The translations under genes and the position numbers were made by a program. This document shows positions 8,558-19,619 of a DNA stretch of 64,000 nucleotides, in pieces. The stretch is taken from positions 64,001 through 128,000 of the IMG/VR virus record IMGVR_UViG_3300047369_000650; one strand, given 5' to 3'. A model generated the notes under the pieces. It saw only the letters and a program-made list of their open reading frames with translations, did no database searches and had not been told where the DNA came from. This DNA is from a virus. Within the stretch, counting starts at the first letter, position 1. Each line of letters starts with the position of its first letter.

Positions 8558-11029
8558 ATGGCAAAATCAAAAGGTAGATTACTTTCAGAATTAGCAGAAG
8601 CCCCTAAAAATGAAGACTATTCTGATGTTAATGCATTACCAAATACAGGAAATAAAGTTGGAGATCAGGCTTTTGTAGAAGAAACAGATAGACTCTACAT
8701 ATGGAATGGCTCGGGCTGGTATAATATAGCTTTAATTAATACTACACCAACATGGGATTCTGGTGGACAACCAGCAGGTTCTTATGTATTAGATGCAGAC
8801 AGCCCACAAACATCTACAACAATTACTTTAGCCGCTTCTGATCCAGAAGGTCTTCCTATATCATATAATTATATTACCGGTGGTTCTATGGACAGTATAG
8901 CTACTATCAGTCAAGATTCTTCAGTATTTACAATTACGCCTAAAACTTCAACTCAAGTGCCTGATGGTGGTACGGGTAGTATAACCTTTAGAGCAACTGA
9001 TGGAGTTAATATATTACCTCAAGTATCCAGCTTTACGCTTAGTTTTATTACTGTTATAGAAAACAGTAAATATACAACTTTGTTGGTCACTGCTACGGGT
9101 ACATCTGATAATAATAACATAACAGATGCATCTTCAAATAATCATAGCATCACGGTAACTGGAGATACTTACGCCGGTACTTTTAGCCCGTATCGTAGTG
9201 GTGGATATAGTATGTACTTTGACGGGTCGGGTGGAGATTATGTAAGATCACCTACACATGCCGATTTTGGTTTTAGTACAGATGATTTTACAATAGAATG
9301 TTGGTATTATCCGGTATCAAAAGCTCAGAACTATCCTAGAATATGGCATTTTGGCCCATATTGGAGTAACGCAAATTCCTTATGTTTTCAAGATAGACAT
9401 AATTCTTGGTCAACTACCTTTTCTCTAGTTGCCTTTTCAGGGGGAGAAATTTTAAATTCTACCACAACAGTAGAAAATGGTAATTGGTATCATCTAACAG
9501 TTGAAAGAAGTGGCACTACTATAACTTTATATGTAAATGGCGTAGCAGAAGATACATATAATATTGGAACTTCTCAATTCATAACAAGTTCAACTAGTTA
9601 TGTTACTCTTGGTAATGTAAGTGATGGGTCAAATTTAAACGAATCACAATTAAATGGATATATTAGAGATTTTAGATATGTTAAAGGTACAGCTGTTTAT
9701 GATGGAAACTTTACACCTACAACAGAACCTTTAGAAGAAATTACTAATACAAAGCTGTTTACATCTCACCTACCATACATTACTGATGGTTCTAATAACC
9801 ATTCGCTTACGCTTTCAGGCGATGTTTACACAAAACCATTCTCACCCTATGATTACGATGAATACTCAGCAACAAATCACGGTGGGTCTATAAATTTTGA
9901 TGGTAGTGGAGATCATTTAACTATACCAGATCATTCCTCACTTAATTTTGCTTCTAATGATTGGACTATAGAATGCTGGATATATCCAAGAACAAATGTA
10001 GGTGATTGTGGTATTTGGCACCAGTCTGCATCTGGAACAGATTGGTATAGCATTTATTTAGATGGTGCATTTAATTTAAAATTTGTTTTTTACAATCTTA
10101 GTAATGGTGTTGAGTGGGCTGGAACTGCAGCATCAAATACAGCACCACAAAATACTTGGACTCATGTTGCCTTAGTAAGACAGTTTGGAACTGGTGTTTA
10201 CCTTTATGCTAACGGCAAATTAGTTGCATCAGATACTTTAGATGCAAGTGTTACAATGTTAGATAAAACATACAATCACGTTATAGGATATGAACGGTTT
10301 GTAGGCAGCGGAACATATTTTGATGGCTTTATTAGCGACTTTAAAATGGATATAGGAACTGCACATTATACAGCAGAATTTACTCCACCAACTGCTCCAC
10401 TATCTTCATCTAGTGCTGATATGCATATAAAAGGTACAGACGCTTCTATCATAGATAAGGCTCAAGGATCTAATTTAAAACTGGTTGGAAACACTACTGG
10501 CTCAACTAGTCAAGTTAAATTTGGTGGTTCTAAATCTATGTATTTTGATGGAACTACGGATTATATTGTGTCTCAAGAACCAGTTAAGCTTGGTACACAA
10601 GATTTTACGGCCGAGTGTTGGTTGTATTATCAATCTGGTCTTGAATTAATGGGAAATAGAGTTACTAACGGCTCTGGCGGATTTAGCGTTAGAATAACCT
10701 CAACTTCTCTTACTGTAGGTAATTCTTCTGGATCTGGGTTTGGTAGTGTTTTTAGTGGTACAACGTCTTCTTTAACAAATGCTTGGCATCATATTGCAGT
10801 ATCCAGATCATCTGGTGTTACTAAGATTTATGTTGATGGCACATCTATTGCCTCACATTCTTCTTCTATAGATTTTTCTTTAAGTAATCCGTTTGTAATT
10901 GGATATGCTTACACCAATGGTTCTGGAGCTGATTCAATACAAGGCTGGATCCAAGACTTCCGCATCACTAATGGATTAGCTCGCTACACCGCAAACTTTA
11001 CACCACCAACAGCTTCATTAGAAGGTTAG
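8558..11029 (+). CDS. Virion fibre tip with Ig/cadherin-like module and LamG/concanavalin A-like domains
   Basis: Repeated FTIECWxYP...WxHxAxxR...LYxNG...F/YxGxIxDFR LamG-type motifs; paralog of 38431-40839. Confidence 0.8.
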   Translation: MAKSKGRLLSELAEAPKNEDYSDVNALPNTGNKVGDQAFVEETDRLYIWNGSGWYNIALINTTPTWDSGGQPAGSYVLDADSPQTSTTITLAASDPEGLPISYNYITGGSMDSIATISQDSSVFTITPKTSTQVPDGGTGSITFRATDGVNILPQVSSFTLSFITVIENSKYTTLLVTATGTSDNNNITDASSNNHSITVTGDTYAGTFSPYRSGGYSMYFDGSGGDYVRSPTHADFGFSTDDFTIECWYYPVSKAQNYPRIWHFGPYWSNANSLCFQDRHNSWSTTFSLVAFSGGEILNSTTTVENGNWYHLTVERSGTTITLYVNGVAEDTYNIGTSQFITSSTSYVTLGNVSDGSNLNESQLNGYIRDFRYVKGTAVYDGNFTPTTEPLEEITNTKLFTSHLPYITDGSNNHSLTLSGDVYTKPFSPYDYDEYSATNHGGSINFDGSGDHLTIPDHSSLNFASNDWTIECWIYPRTNVGDCGIWHQSASGTDWYSIYLDGAFNLKFVFYNLSNGVEWAGTAASNTAPQNTWTHVALVRQFGTGVYLYANGKLVASDTLDASVTMLDKTYNHVIGYERFVGSGTYFDGFISDFKMDIGTAHYTAEFTPPTAPLSSSSADMHIKGTDASIIDKAQGSNLKLVGNTTGSTSQVKFGGSKSMYFDGTTDYIVSQEPVKLGTQDFTAECWLYYQSGLELMGNRVTNGSGGFSVRITSTSLTVGNSSGSGFGSVFSGTTSSLTNAWHHIAVSRSSGVTKIYVDGTSIASHSSSIDFSLSNPFVIGYAYTNGSGADSIQGWIQDFRITNGLARYTANFTPPTASLEG

Positions 11030-11040
11030 TTTAAAATATT

Positions 11041-14000
11041 ATGACCTTAGCAATATATAATAATAGTGATAGTTTACCATCTCCAGTTAATGCTAATGAG
11101 GGTGATATAGCATTTGTAAAAGAAACAGGTGAAACTAAACAGTTCTTAGATTTAAGTACACTTTCTTCTTTCTCTTATAGCTTTGATGGTAATTCATATT
11201 TAAGCGTAGACTCTCCAAATATTAATCACCTTTCTAATAATATAAATGATAATTTTAGTATATCATTTTTTAGTTATTCGGTCGACTCTCCTTTCAATGG
11301 TTCATTATTAAGTTTTTATTTAGACAGTAATGTTTCAACAATAGTTGATGGGTCAGCAGTGCCAGCGACATTAACTTTATCTGATTCAATTAGTGCTTTT
11401 ACATTTACGCCTTTAGAAACATTAAATAATCCTGAAGCTAACGCTGCTAGTATATATTTCCCTGGAGTAAATTCTTCAATAACATCTAGCGCTAATCAAT
11501 CTTTGGTTAATTTTACTCAAGAGTTTTTACCGTACACGATCGAGTCTTGGACCAAAACTTTACAGACTCCTCTAGGAAGTCAGACTGTAACAGATATTCC
11601 AGGTTGCTTAAGATGGACTAATGATGGTATTATTACAAATGATGTGAAATTTAAATTTCAGACACCAGGTAATTTTATATATGATACTTGGGAACATAAT
11701 GCTTTATCTTATGATGGTTATGATCACAAATATTTTTTAAATGGAACAGAAATTCCTATGTCAATGGATGCCAATTATGAATTTAGTAATGGTAGCCTTT
11801 ATTTAAATCAATTTGAAACAGATAAAAGTGCAACCTTTCAAGCAAAGGTATTTTTCCCTTTAACACCAGTGGATGCTACACTTTTTTCTTTAGGTAATAC
11901 TGGCAATCAGACTAGTATAACATTGTCTAATGCATCAACTACTCCTACACTTACATTAGCTAAAGACGGATTAAGTGTTTCAACTACTTCAGTTCCGGCT
12001 GATAGTGATTATCATGTTGTGTCTTGGATATACGATAATGACGCTGGTTCTATAAAGCTATTATTAGATAATTCTGTTGTAGGAACGGATACTTCGGGCT
12101 CAAGCTTTACTAATTGGGCAGATCAGGGTTCTACCGAATATATTTCAGAATATCCAATATCGGCAGGTGATATAACATATCAACCATATCACTATCATCC
12201 ATCAGCGGCAAATCATGAAGTTCTACAAGATGCTACTACTATTACATCTAGTGGTAATATTAGAATGAATACAACTCGTAATAATAGATGGTCATATTTT
12301 GTAATAACTGGAGGCGATCTTATAACAACATCTCAAAATAAAATATATTATTTTGAATCTAAGTGGATAGGAAATCCAAGACCGAGTACAAGTGCAACCG
12401 ATCCATATCCATATACAAACTCTGGTGTTTTTATTGTTGATGCTGGATGGGATGGTTTACCTACTTCACCTAATGATACTGAATATACTACCGAAAGATG
12501 GCAAGGTGAACATCTTAGAAATTCTAATCTTAGACCATCCGCTTCTAATAACGGTATATATTTAGCACCGCTTTTAAATAGTACTAATGGATATGGAAGG
12601 CACGATAATGGAAAAATATATAGCTATTTTATAGACACTCGCAATAATAAATTAATATGCTTTCGAGATGGACGGTACCTATTAAGAAATTTTGCTAATG
12701 CTTTTGGTGGCGGGTCTGCCCCTGTTGCTGGAAATGGATTTAAAATAGCCATACAAAATTGGAATAATGATAGATATAGCGCAAAACCATATGATCCAGA
12801 TGCAAATGTTGAATTTGTTTTTAATAAAAATGACTGGTCTTTTGATCCGATGGAAATATATCGGACTTATTCTTCAAACTTATCAATTACAATACCAGAA
12901 GACGGTGCTTTTCTATCTAGTTCCAATTTTCAAAATTGGCCACAAGAAACTAATAGTTGGCCATATAAACTTAGATATTATCCTAAGAAAGTAGAAAAAT
13001 TAGAAGCCAAATCCATCACATTAGGTACAGGTGAGAGGCAGCTAAATACCGAAAATGAGACTGGTACTTCATATGCAAATTCATATATTGCAAATACAGG
13101 CGGCTCTATTGTTTCACATAGTGATAGTGATTTAACATCTTTAATAAGTAGCGGTTCAATTAATAGTGGTGACGCATTATTATTAGATTCTGGAACATAT
13201 TCTTTAAATGCAATTCCAGACCCTACGTATGGTAATTCTGGCAATGGAACATTTAATCCATTTGGGGGAAAAAGTATTCTTATTTGTGGCAAGACTTCAA
13301 ACCCAAATGATGTAACAATAAATTATACACCAACAAATATCTATAGAGATAAACCTCTTTTTGGTAGAACACAATCACCAAATAGTGGAATTTCATTCGT
13401 AAGATTCAAAAGAAAATTTGTAGGTGGCGCCGTTACTAATTATACAATGGCTATAAGTAATTTCTCAAATGGATTTACTTGTCATAAAACTATTTTTGAT
13501 TTTGATAATGAGAAATTTTCTTTTAGTTATGATAATAGTTATAAACCTGGCAAAAAAATATTTAATGAGTGTGTATTTACAAACTATAATGGTGAAGTTT
13601 TTCCAGATTATAGAGGAGAGCCATCTTCTATAGTTATTAACAATTGTATTTTTACCGATGAATATGATGAAAACAGTTCTTTTAGACATACTAAAAAAGG
13701 TTTAATAGAAAAAGATGTAAAAGTAAGTAATACAAACTTTTCTTTAACTAAAAAGAATTTTGAAGGTTATATGAAAAACTTTCATGTAAGAAGTTTACAA
13801 GCATATGATTCTGATTTTACTGTAAATGATTCTACTCAAAGAAGCCCTATTTTTTCTTCTAATACTCAAGGCGTTAATACAGAATTACTAGTTAAATCCA
13901 CAGGTGAAAGCCCTACAATACTTGAAGTTACAACATCAGGAAATTTATTACATAATAACAATAGAGTATATAGTGGTTCTATAGAAAAACAAGATTGGAC

Positions 14001-14976
14001 TTATCATAGAATAAAAATTGATAATAACAATTTAGAATATTATAATGATAGTTCATTATTACATACCATAAATAATTTCTTAGTCCCAGAAAAAACAGTT
14101 TCTGATATGGAAGTATTAATCGGAAATAAAAAAGTATTTCAGTCCTCTACAGGATCTTTTATTGATAATCCAGTAGAACAAGATACAATCATAAAAGATT
14201 TTCGTTTAGCTGATAGTATAGACACATCCGTGCCTAATTCAGATCATACTAGAGTTTCAGAAGATAGAGTTTTAACTGCTGATAATTCTACAGTTCCTAG
14301 TAACACTGATGTTAATGTTGTTGGTTCAGGTATTTTTGGAATTAATTTTAGCCCAGTTGCTGGTCAAAATAGAAATTGGTTTACTATATCAAAGGAAAAT
14401 CCTTCGGTAGCTATTAATACTAATATTGTTACACACAATAATGAGATTGGTGCAAATTATGATACTATTGTTAATACATATGATTCAGATCTTATTTTAT
14501 TTGATAGTGGAAATGATTATAAAACTGTCATTACATTACAAAATGTAGATGATTCAAATCAACCCATAAAATGGACATATGAAGTTTTACAGCCAGAAAA
14601 AAGAATTAATATTGGATATGATTCAACTGAAACATCTTACTTAATTAAAAAATATAAAAATGAATATAATCCTGATGATTATGATGCAGGTGGAACACAA
14701 ATAGCTAGTCTCCTTTTCTATCCACAAAAAACAGATTTAAGTGATTCTTCAGAACCAATATTTTTTAATTCTGTAGGAACACAAGAAAAAGGTCCAATTT
14801 CTTCTATAAATGTTATATGTGATAAATTTGGGTTAAATCTTGATAATGAAAATTTATTTAATGTTAATATAGTTACATTTTCCGAATTAGATTCTACACA
14901 ATCCGAATCTTCATATGTTTTTGAAAATAAATTACCAGAAATACAAATATACGATAGTATAGGAGCTTTACCATGA
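11041..14976 (+). CDS. Large virion fibre/receptor-binding protein with LamG-like and possible beta-helix segments
   Basis: Ser/Thr/Asn-rich, lies within the fibre cluster, has an N-terminal LPSPVNANEGDIAFVKET motif shared with other fibre tips, and a GDALLLDSGTY...KSILICG segment. Confidence 0.6.
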   Translation: MTLAIYNNSDSLPSPVNANEGDIAFVKETGETKQFLDLSTLSSFSYSFDGNSYLSVDSPNINHLSNNINDNFSISFFSYSVDSPFNGSLLSFYLDSNVSTIVDGSAVPATLTLSDSISAFTFTPLETLNNPEANAASIYFPGVNSSITSSANQSLVNFTQEFLPYTIESWTKTLQTPLGSQTVTDIPGCLRWTNDGIITNDVKFKFQTPGNFIYDTWEHNALSYDGYDHKYFLNGTEIPMSMDANYEFSNGSLYLNQFETDKSATFQAKVFFPLTPVDATLFSLGNTGNQTSITLSNASTTPTLTLAKDGLSVSTTSVPADSDYHVVSWIYDNDAGSIKLLLDNSVVGTDTSGSSFTNWADQGSTEYISEYPISAGDITYQPYHYHPSAANHEVLQDATTITSSGNIRMNTTRNNRWSYFVITGGDLITTSQNKIYYFESKWIGNPRPSTSATDPYPYTNSGVFIVDAGWDGLPTSPNDTEYTTERWQGEHLRNSNLRPSASNNGIYLAPLLNSTNGYGRHDNGKIYSYFIDTRNNKLICFRDGRYLLRNFANAFGGGSAPVAGNGFKIAIQNWNNDRYSAKPYDPDANVEFVFNKNDWSFDPMEIYRTYSSNLSITIPEDGAFLSSSNFQNWPQETNSWPYKLRYYPKKVEKLEAKSITLGTGERQLNTENETGTSYANSYIANTGGSIVSHSDSDLTSLISSGSINSGDALLLDSGTYSLNAIPDPTYGNSGNGTFNPFGGKSILICGKTSNPNDVTINYTPTNIYRDKPLFGRTQSPNSGISFVRFKRKFVGGAVTNYTMAISNFSNGFTCHKTIFDFDNEKFSFSYDNSYKPGKKIFNECVFTNYNGEVFPDYRGEPSSIVINNCIFTDEYDENSSFRHTKKGLIEKDVKVSNTNFSLTKKNFEGYMKNFHVRSLQAYDSDFTVNDSTQRSPIFSSNTQGVNTELLVKSTGESPTILEVTTSGNLLHNNNRVYSGSIEKQDWTYHRIKIDNNNLEYYNDSSLLHTINNFLVPEKTVSDMEVLIGNKKVFQSSTGSFIDNPVEQDTIIKDFRLADSIDTSVPNSDHTRVSEDRVLTADNSTVPSNTDVNVVGSGIFGINFSPVAGQNRNWFTISKENPSVAINTNIVTHNNEIGANYDTIVNTYDSDLILFDSGNDYKTVITLQNVDDSNQPIKWTYEVLQPEKRINIGYDSTETSYLIKKYKNEYNPDDYDAGGTQIASLLFYPQKTDLSDSSEPIFFNSVGTQEKGPISSINVICDKFGLNLDNENLFNVNIVTFSELDSTQSESSYVFENKLPEIQIYDSIGALP

Positions 14977-17900
14977 GTGTATATTCAGCAGGCTCCTTAA
15001 TCCCTGATAGCAGTAATGGTGCAGTATTTGATCGCTCACTAACTGTTAATGGATTAAAGATTGTTGTAGCTGGTGCTGTAGGTGGACAGAGTACAGTACC
15101 CGATTCTTGGGCTCTAAAGATTGCAAGAGTAGTACAATTAATAATTGACCCTAATGCACCAAATATTAATATACCAGATCAAATAAAATTAATTAATACT
15201 TTAAGAGGTGCCGCTGGAACTTTTCATGCTGGTTACCCAACGGCACAAAGAATAGGTTATGGTGGTGGTTCAACTTACACACCAAATTGGTTAGAAGATA
15301 CCGGCATTCCTAGTTATTCTGGCTATCAAGGGTTTTTAAATACTCATTTATCAAATGATATGATATGGTATAGAAATATTAATGGGCCAAATCCAACGAC
15401 AAGTGATAGTGAAATTGAAGAAGTTATGGAGCATATATTCCATACTATTCATTTATTTGGCATACCGGGTGCCGTAACAGGAAGTTCAACTGCTGTAAAC
15501 TGGAGAGCAACAGATTTTGCCAATAATGATTGGAAATTAACTGAACTTCATTTAGCTATGGCTGAAGCTATTAATTCTGGAAAGTTTGATCCTAGCGACT
15601 ATGCTGCAAATTGGAATACTGTTGCCGATGCGGCAGAAGTTGCATATAAAGAATATATGTATTTGCTTAACTGGGGTATGTGGGAAATGTCTGAATTTTG
15701 GGATGGCGAAAGTTTATCTCCAGAATGGTCTGACGATATGCGAACAGTATCCGGAATACAGACTAATAACCCTTTAGGTTATGCTTTATTTAACTCATAT
15801 TTTAATAAAGTATTGAGTAAACCAAATTTCTCAACTTTAAAAAACATATTTCAAGGTAATGATATTGGCATATCAGGTTATGTTCAAGATTATATACAAG
15901 ATTCAATAGAAGATGCTTTTAGCCAAACTGCATTTATAGATGGTTCTTATTATAATAATATTGATAGTCAGTGGTTTAAAACGGGAATACAAACCCCTGG
16001 ATTTAATTCTTATGCAATAATTGGTGGTAAATTAGTTATTAACTATGATTCAGATTTTGATATATTAAGAAATGGATTAACTCCATTTTTAAATTTTAAT
16101 AATGTGGATAGCAATGGTAATAGTATTATTTGGTCTAGCTCAATTAAATATGATGATGGTGCTAATGTTCCAAATAGTAGATTTGCAACAATATCGATAG
16201 TAGGTTCAACTCCACAATTTTCTGTTGTACCATCTAAAGATCCATATGAACAATATAAAACAAATATAATAAGATTTGAAACATCTTCGTTACCTGCGTT
16301 TTCACTATATGATAGTGACAAACAAATTGAGTATAATAATCTTTCAAAATTAAGTGTTGATATTAATTTTTCATATTCTTCTGCTAATATTACTAGTAAT
16401 CACGGTAAAGGATATTCATTAGTAACAATAGGATCTCCACTCGTAAACTTTTTTAATAATTCAAGCATAAAACCGTTTGGAGACAATCAAGGATTACACT
16501 TCAACAGTAACGGCACGAGATTATTTGTCAATAATAATTCAAAGATTAATCAGTACGATTTAACTGTGCCATATGATACTCTAACCATGTCAAATGTAAA
16601 ATCATATACACCACACTTAAACGACGGTACTGGGCTTACAGATTTGACTTTTAATGATTCTGGAAATAAAATGTATCTCGTTAATAATTCGGGCAATAAG
16701 ATACATGAATATGATGTAGATACTCCTTTTGATATAACTACAGCTATTAAAAGAGACAATATTTTAACCCAAGCTAATATGGATAAAGATATTGTCATAG
16801 TTGATAATGGTTCTAAATTAATTACGAAAACTGGATCAACTGTTGTAGCTCACGATTTAGAAGAAAATTATAATATTTCTACTTGGAATAATACAGCAAC
16901 TTCAAGTAAATCTTTAACTACATTAACATATCGAGTCACCGAAAATAGGTACCCTTCTGCTTATGAAAGAAGATATAGTGGTGTTTATTATTTTAGACAA
17001 ACATATTATTCATCACCTTTTTATAGAACTCGTTGGGTAAGTCAATGGGATCATTCTTCTACCGCTAAGTCATATTGTTTTTCTAGTAATGGTCAGTATA
17101 TTTTCTGGGTCACTGGTTTAGCATCTTATTTCGGAAGAGTTTATAGACAAAGTCTTACAACGCCTTGGGATATTACATCAGCTACTTCAACTCAGACAAG
17201 AAATCATACTATAGGAAAAGCAACTAGTGATACATTTGAAAGAAATGATAAAAATAATGGTGTTCAATGCATTCGCATTTCGCCTGATGGTTTAAAATTA
17301 TTTTTATTAGATACATATACGCATTCTATATTTCAACATAATATGACAACAGCATATAGTTTATCATCAATTGGTAGTAATATAAGAGAATTAGACAAAG
17401 CTATTGAACCCAACGGTGGCTATGAAGTTAAATTCACATATAGTGAAATTCCTAATCCTACACCATCGTCATCATATACAGATACAAGTAATGTGAGAAA
17501 TTTTTCATTTAATAGTGGAGGAACTAAACTTTATATTACCAATGATAATGACGTTTATGAGTATAATCTTATAGCTCCTTTTGATTTAAGTTCTGTAACA
17601 TATGTTACATCGTACAGTATCTTTTCTTCCGATATATCAGTCGATGGTGGTATATTTATTGGAGATAGTGATCAAAGAATATATGCATATGGAAGTAATT
17701 TTATTCGTCAATATAATTTAGATTCTAATTTAAGCACAATATCGGATCCTTTTAAGTCTAAAGAATTAGTTGTAACTGCAGAAGATAATCAACCTACAGG
17801 AATTTATTTTAATAATTCTGGATCCACTTTATATATGTGTGGCACTCAAACAAATAATGTATTTAAATATACTTTAACAGATAAAGATAAAATTTACTCA

Positions 17901-18197
17901 GCATCTTTTGATTCTGCATATTCAACACCATCTTTAATTACAAATCTTAATGGTATAGTAACAAATGAAAATGAAGATAAAATGTATTTATTATCAGATA
18001 GATTGGTAGCAGAAATAAACATAAACTCACAGTTTTCTACTTCCACAGATCCAGGAGTTAGCTATACTACAGTAAAAGGTAATTCGGTTAATGGAGGAAT
18101 AAGATGGAATAATGATGGAAGTCAGTTTATAATAGCAGGAAATTCCACCTTAGAAACATATAAAACTGATAATCCATTTAGAGTTATTCCGATATAA
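14973..18197 (+). CDS. Virion protein: N-terminal zincin-like domain and C-terminal beta-propeller repeats
   Basis: EEVMEHIFHTIH...KEYMY cluster; repeats such as FNSNGTRLFV..INQYDL, FNDSGNKMYL..IHEYDV and FNSGGTKLYI..VYEYNL; ATGA overlap with the previous gene. Confidence 0.6.
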   Translation: MSVYSAGSLIPDSSNGAVFDRSLTVNGLKIVVAGAVGGQSTVPDSWALKIARVVQLIIDPNAPNINIPDQIKLINTLRGAAGTFHAGYPTAQRIGYGGGSTYTPNWLEDTGIPSYSGYQGFLNTHLSNDMIWYRNINGPNPTTSDSEIEEVMEHIFHTIHLFGIPGAVTGSSTAVNWRATDFANNDWKLTELHLAMAEAINSGKFDPSDYAANWNTVADAAEVAYKEYMYLLNWGMWEMSEFWDGESLSPEWSDDMRTVSGIQTNNPLGYALFNSYFNKVLSKPNFSTLKNIFQGNDIGISGYVQDYIQDSIEDAFSQTAFIDGSYYNNIDSQWFKTGIQTPGFNSYAIIGGKLVINYDSDFDILRNGLTPFLNFNNVDSNGNSIIWSSSIKYDDGANVPNSRFATISIVGSTPQFSVVPSKDPYEQYKTNIIRFETSSLPAFSLYDSDKQIEYNNLSKLSVDINFSYSSANITSNHGKGYSLVTIGSPLVNFFNNSSIKPFGDNQGLHFNSNGTRLFVNNNSKINQYDLTVPYDTLTMSNVKSYTPHLNDGTGLTDLTFNDSGNKMYLVNNSGNKIHEYDVDTPFDITTAIKRDNILTQANMDKDIVIVDNGSKLITKTGSTVVAHDLEENYNISTWNNTATSSKSLTTLTYRVTENRYPSAYERRYSGVYYFRQTYYSSPFYRTRWVSQWDHSSTAKSYCFSSNGQYIFWVTGLASYFGRVYRQSLTTPWDITSATSTQTRNHTIGKATSDTFERNDKNNGVQCIRISPDGLKLFLLDTYTHSIFQHNMTTAYSLSSIGSNIRELDKAIEPNGGYEVKFTYSEIPNPTPSSSYTDTSNVRNFSFNSGGTKLYITNDNDVYEYNLIAPFDLSSVTYVTSYSIFSSDISVDGGIFIGDSDQRIYAYGSNFIRQYNLDSNLSTISDPFKSKELVVTAEDNQPTGIYFNNSGSTLYMCGTQTNNVFKYTLTDKDKIYSASFDSAYSTPSLITNLNGIVTNENEDKMYLLSDRLVAEININSQFSTSTDPGVSYTTVKGNSVNGGIRWNNDGSQFIIAGNSTLETYKTDNPFRVIPI

Positions 18198-18200
18198 ATA
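18193..18200 (+). promoter_or_regulatory. T4-type late promoter TATAAATA
   Basis: Exact gp55 consensus about 30 bp upstream of the 18230 start. Confidence 0.75.
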
Positions 18201-18229
18201 GAATTATATTTAGTTTATAGGACATTAAT

Positions 18230-19582
18230 ATGCCATCAGCAGCAAGAAATTTAGCTAATCTATTAGGCGGATCCGCTACGATACCACAGGAAAAACTTGG
18301 AGATGATATATCCACAATTGAACAAGTGGCTACAACGGCACAATTAAGTGATACAGGAAACTCTGTTGGTGACCAAAGAGTTGTAGGGAATAATCTTTAC
18401 ATCTGGAATGGATCAGGCTGGTTTAGAATTGCTTTAATAAATGAAACTCCGACATGGGATTCAGGCGGTCAACCACTATCCTCATATGATTTAAGCTCAG
18501 ATAGCCCACAAACAGCTACAACAATTACTCTTGCTGCTACAGATCCAGATGGATTCCCTATCAACTATTCTTATGTGACTGGCGGTTCTATGGATTCTAT
18601 AGCAACTATCGGTCAAGATTCGTCCGTATTTACGATTACACCTAAAACAGAAGCTCAAGCACCAGATGGTGGTACTGGAACTATTACATTCAGAGCAAGT
18701 GATGGTATTAATATTCTACCTCAAGTGTCCAGCTTTACACTCTCATTTTCTGAAAATGCTTACTATATTGATCCTAGAGATCATGGTATGACTACTGGAA
18801 ATTTTTCTGGTGTTGGTATTAATTCTAATGATGAAGACCTCTATGTTTTGGGATATAGTGGAGACCAAAGAGTCTATAAATGGGAATTAGGAACACCAAC
18901 GGAACTAGCTTCAATTCCTAGTACCTATACTCAGAGGGCAGGTATATCCAACGGCACACCTTCTGGATTTTATATAAACCATGCTGGAACTTATTATTAT
19001 TACTGTAGTTATGGTAATGTATATCAAGTTAGTTTATCAACAGCAAACGATTTAACTACTGGTTCAGAGACATATACTGGCACTACTACTAGTGGACAAG
19101 CCTTTAATAACAGTGGACTTATTTTTGGTGCTACTATGAGTCATACTGGTCATAGACTTTATATAAGTGAAACAAATACCAATAATATACATGAATATCC
19201 TCTCAATACCAATTGGGATATATCAACTGCGCAAAATCGAACAAATTCTTTTGATCCTAATAATATCACCTATGCTTATGGATTAGGATGGAGCTCAGAT
19301 GGTATGAAACTTTGGGCTGCTGAAAACAGGTATGTACGTGAATATTCTGCATCATCCGCATATTCATTATCGGGTATGAGTGCAACTCCAAGCGCATCAT
19401 TTGATATGCAAGATTTAAATGGTAATGTTGATAACGGTGTAAATAATCTTAATAATCAGGAAATTAGGGGTATAGCCGTATCATCTGATGGAAATAGATT
19501 GTATCTGAACATAAGAGGTAAAGGTGTATATAAACTTACCATGACATCTCAAAATACAATTGCAGATGGTTTTGAACTTTAA
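18230..19582 (+). CDS. Fibre tip protein: shared N-terminal docking/Ig-like module plus beta-propeller
   Basis: LYIWNGSGW..IALINETPTWDSGGQP...ILPQVSSFTLSF is nearly identical to 8558 and 38431; the C-terminus has propeller repeats like those of 14973. Confidence 0.75.
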   Translation: MPSAARNLANLLGGSATIPQEKLGDDISTIEQVATTAQLSDTGNSVGDQRVVGNNLYIWNGSGWFRIALINETPTWDSGGQPLSSYDLSSDSPQTATTITLAATDPDGFPINYSYVTGGSMDSIATIGQDSSVFTITPKTEAQAPDGGTGTITFRASDGINILPQVSSFTLSFSENAYYIDPRDHGMTTGNFSGVGINSNDEDLYVLGYSGDQRVYKWELGTPTELASIPSTYTQRAGISNGTPSGFYINHAGTYYYYCSYGNVYQVSLSTANDLTTGSETYTGTTTSGQAFNNSGLIFGATMSHTGHRLYISETNTNNIHEYPLNTNWDISTAQNRTNSFDPNNITYAYGLGWSSDGMKLWAAENRYVREYSASSAYSLSGMSATPSASFDMQDLNGNVDNGVNNLNNQEIRGIAVSSDGNRLYLNIRGKGVYKLTMTSQNTIADGFEL

Positions 19583-19585
19583 AAG

Positions 19586-19614
19586 TTAGTGTTCCCTATC
19601 CTCAAGTAATTACT
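19586..19614. repeat. 29-nt intergenic element, copy 1
   Basis: ttagtgttccctatcctcaagtaattact; 26/29 identical to 63972-64000. Confidence 0.85.
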
Positions 19615-19619
19615 CTTTT

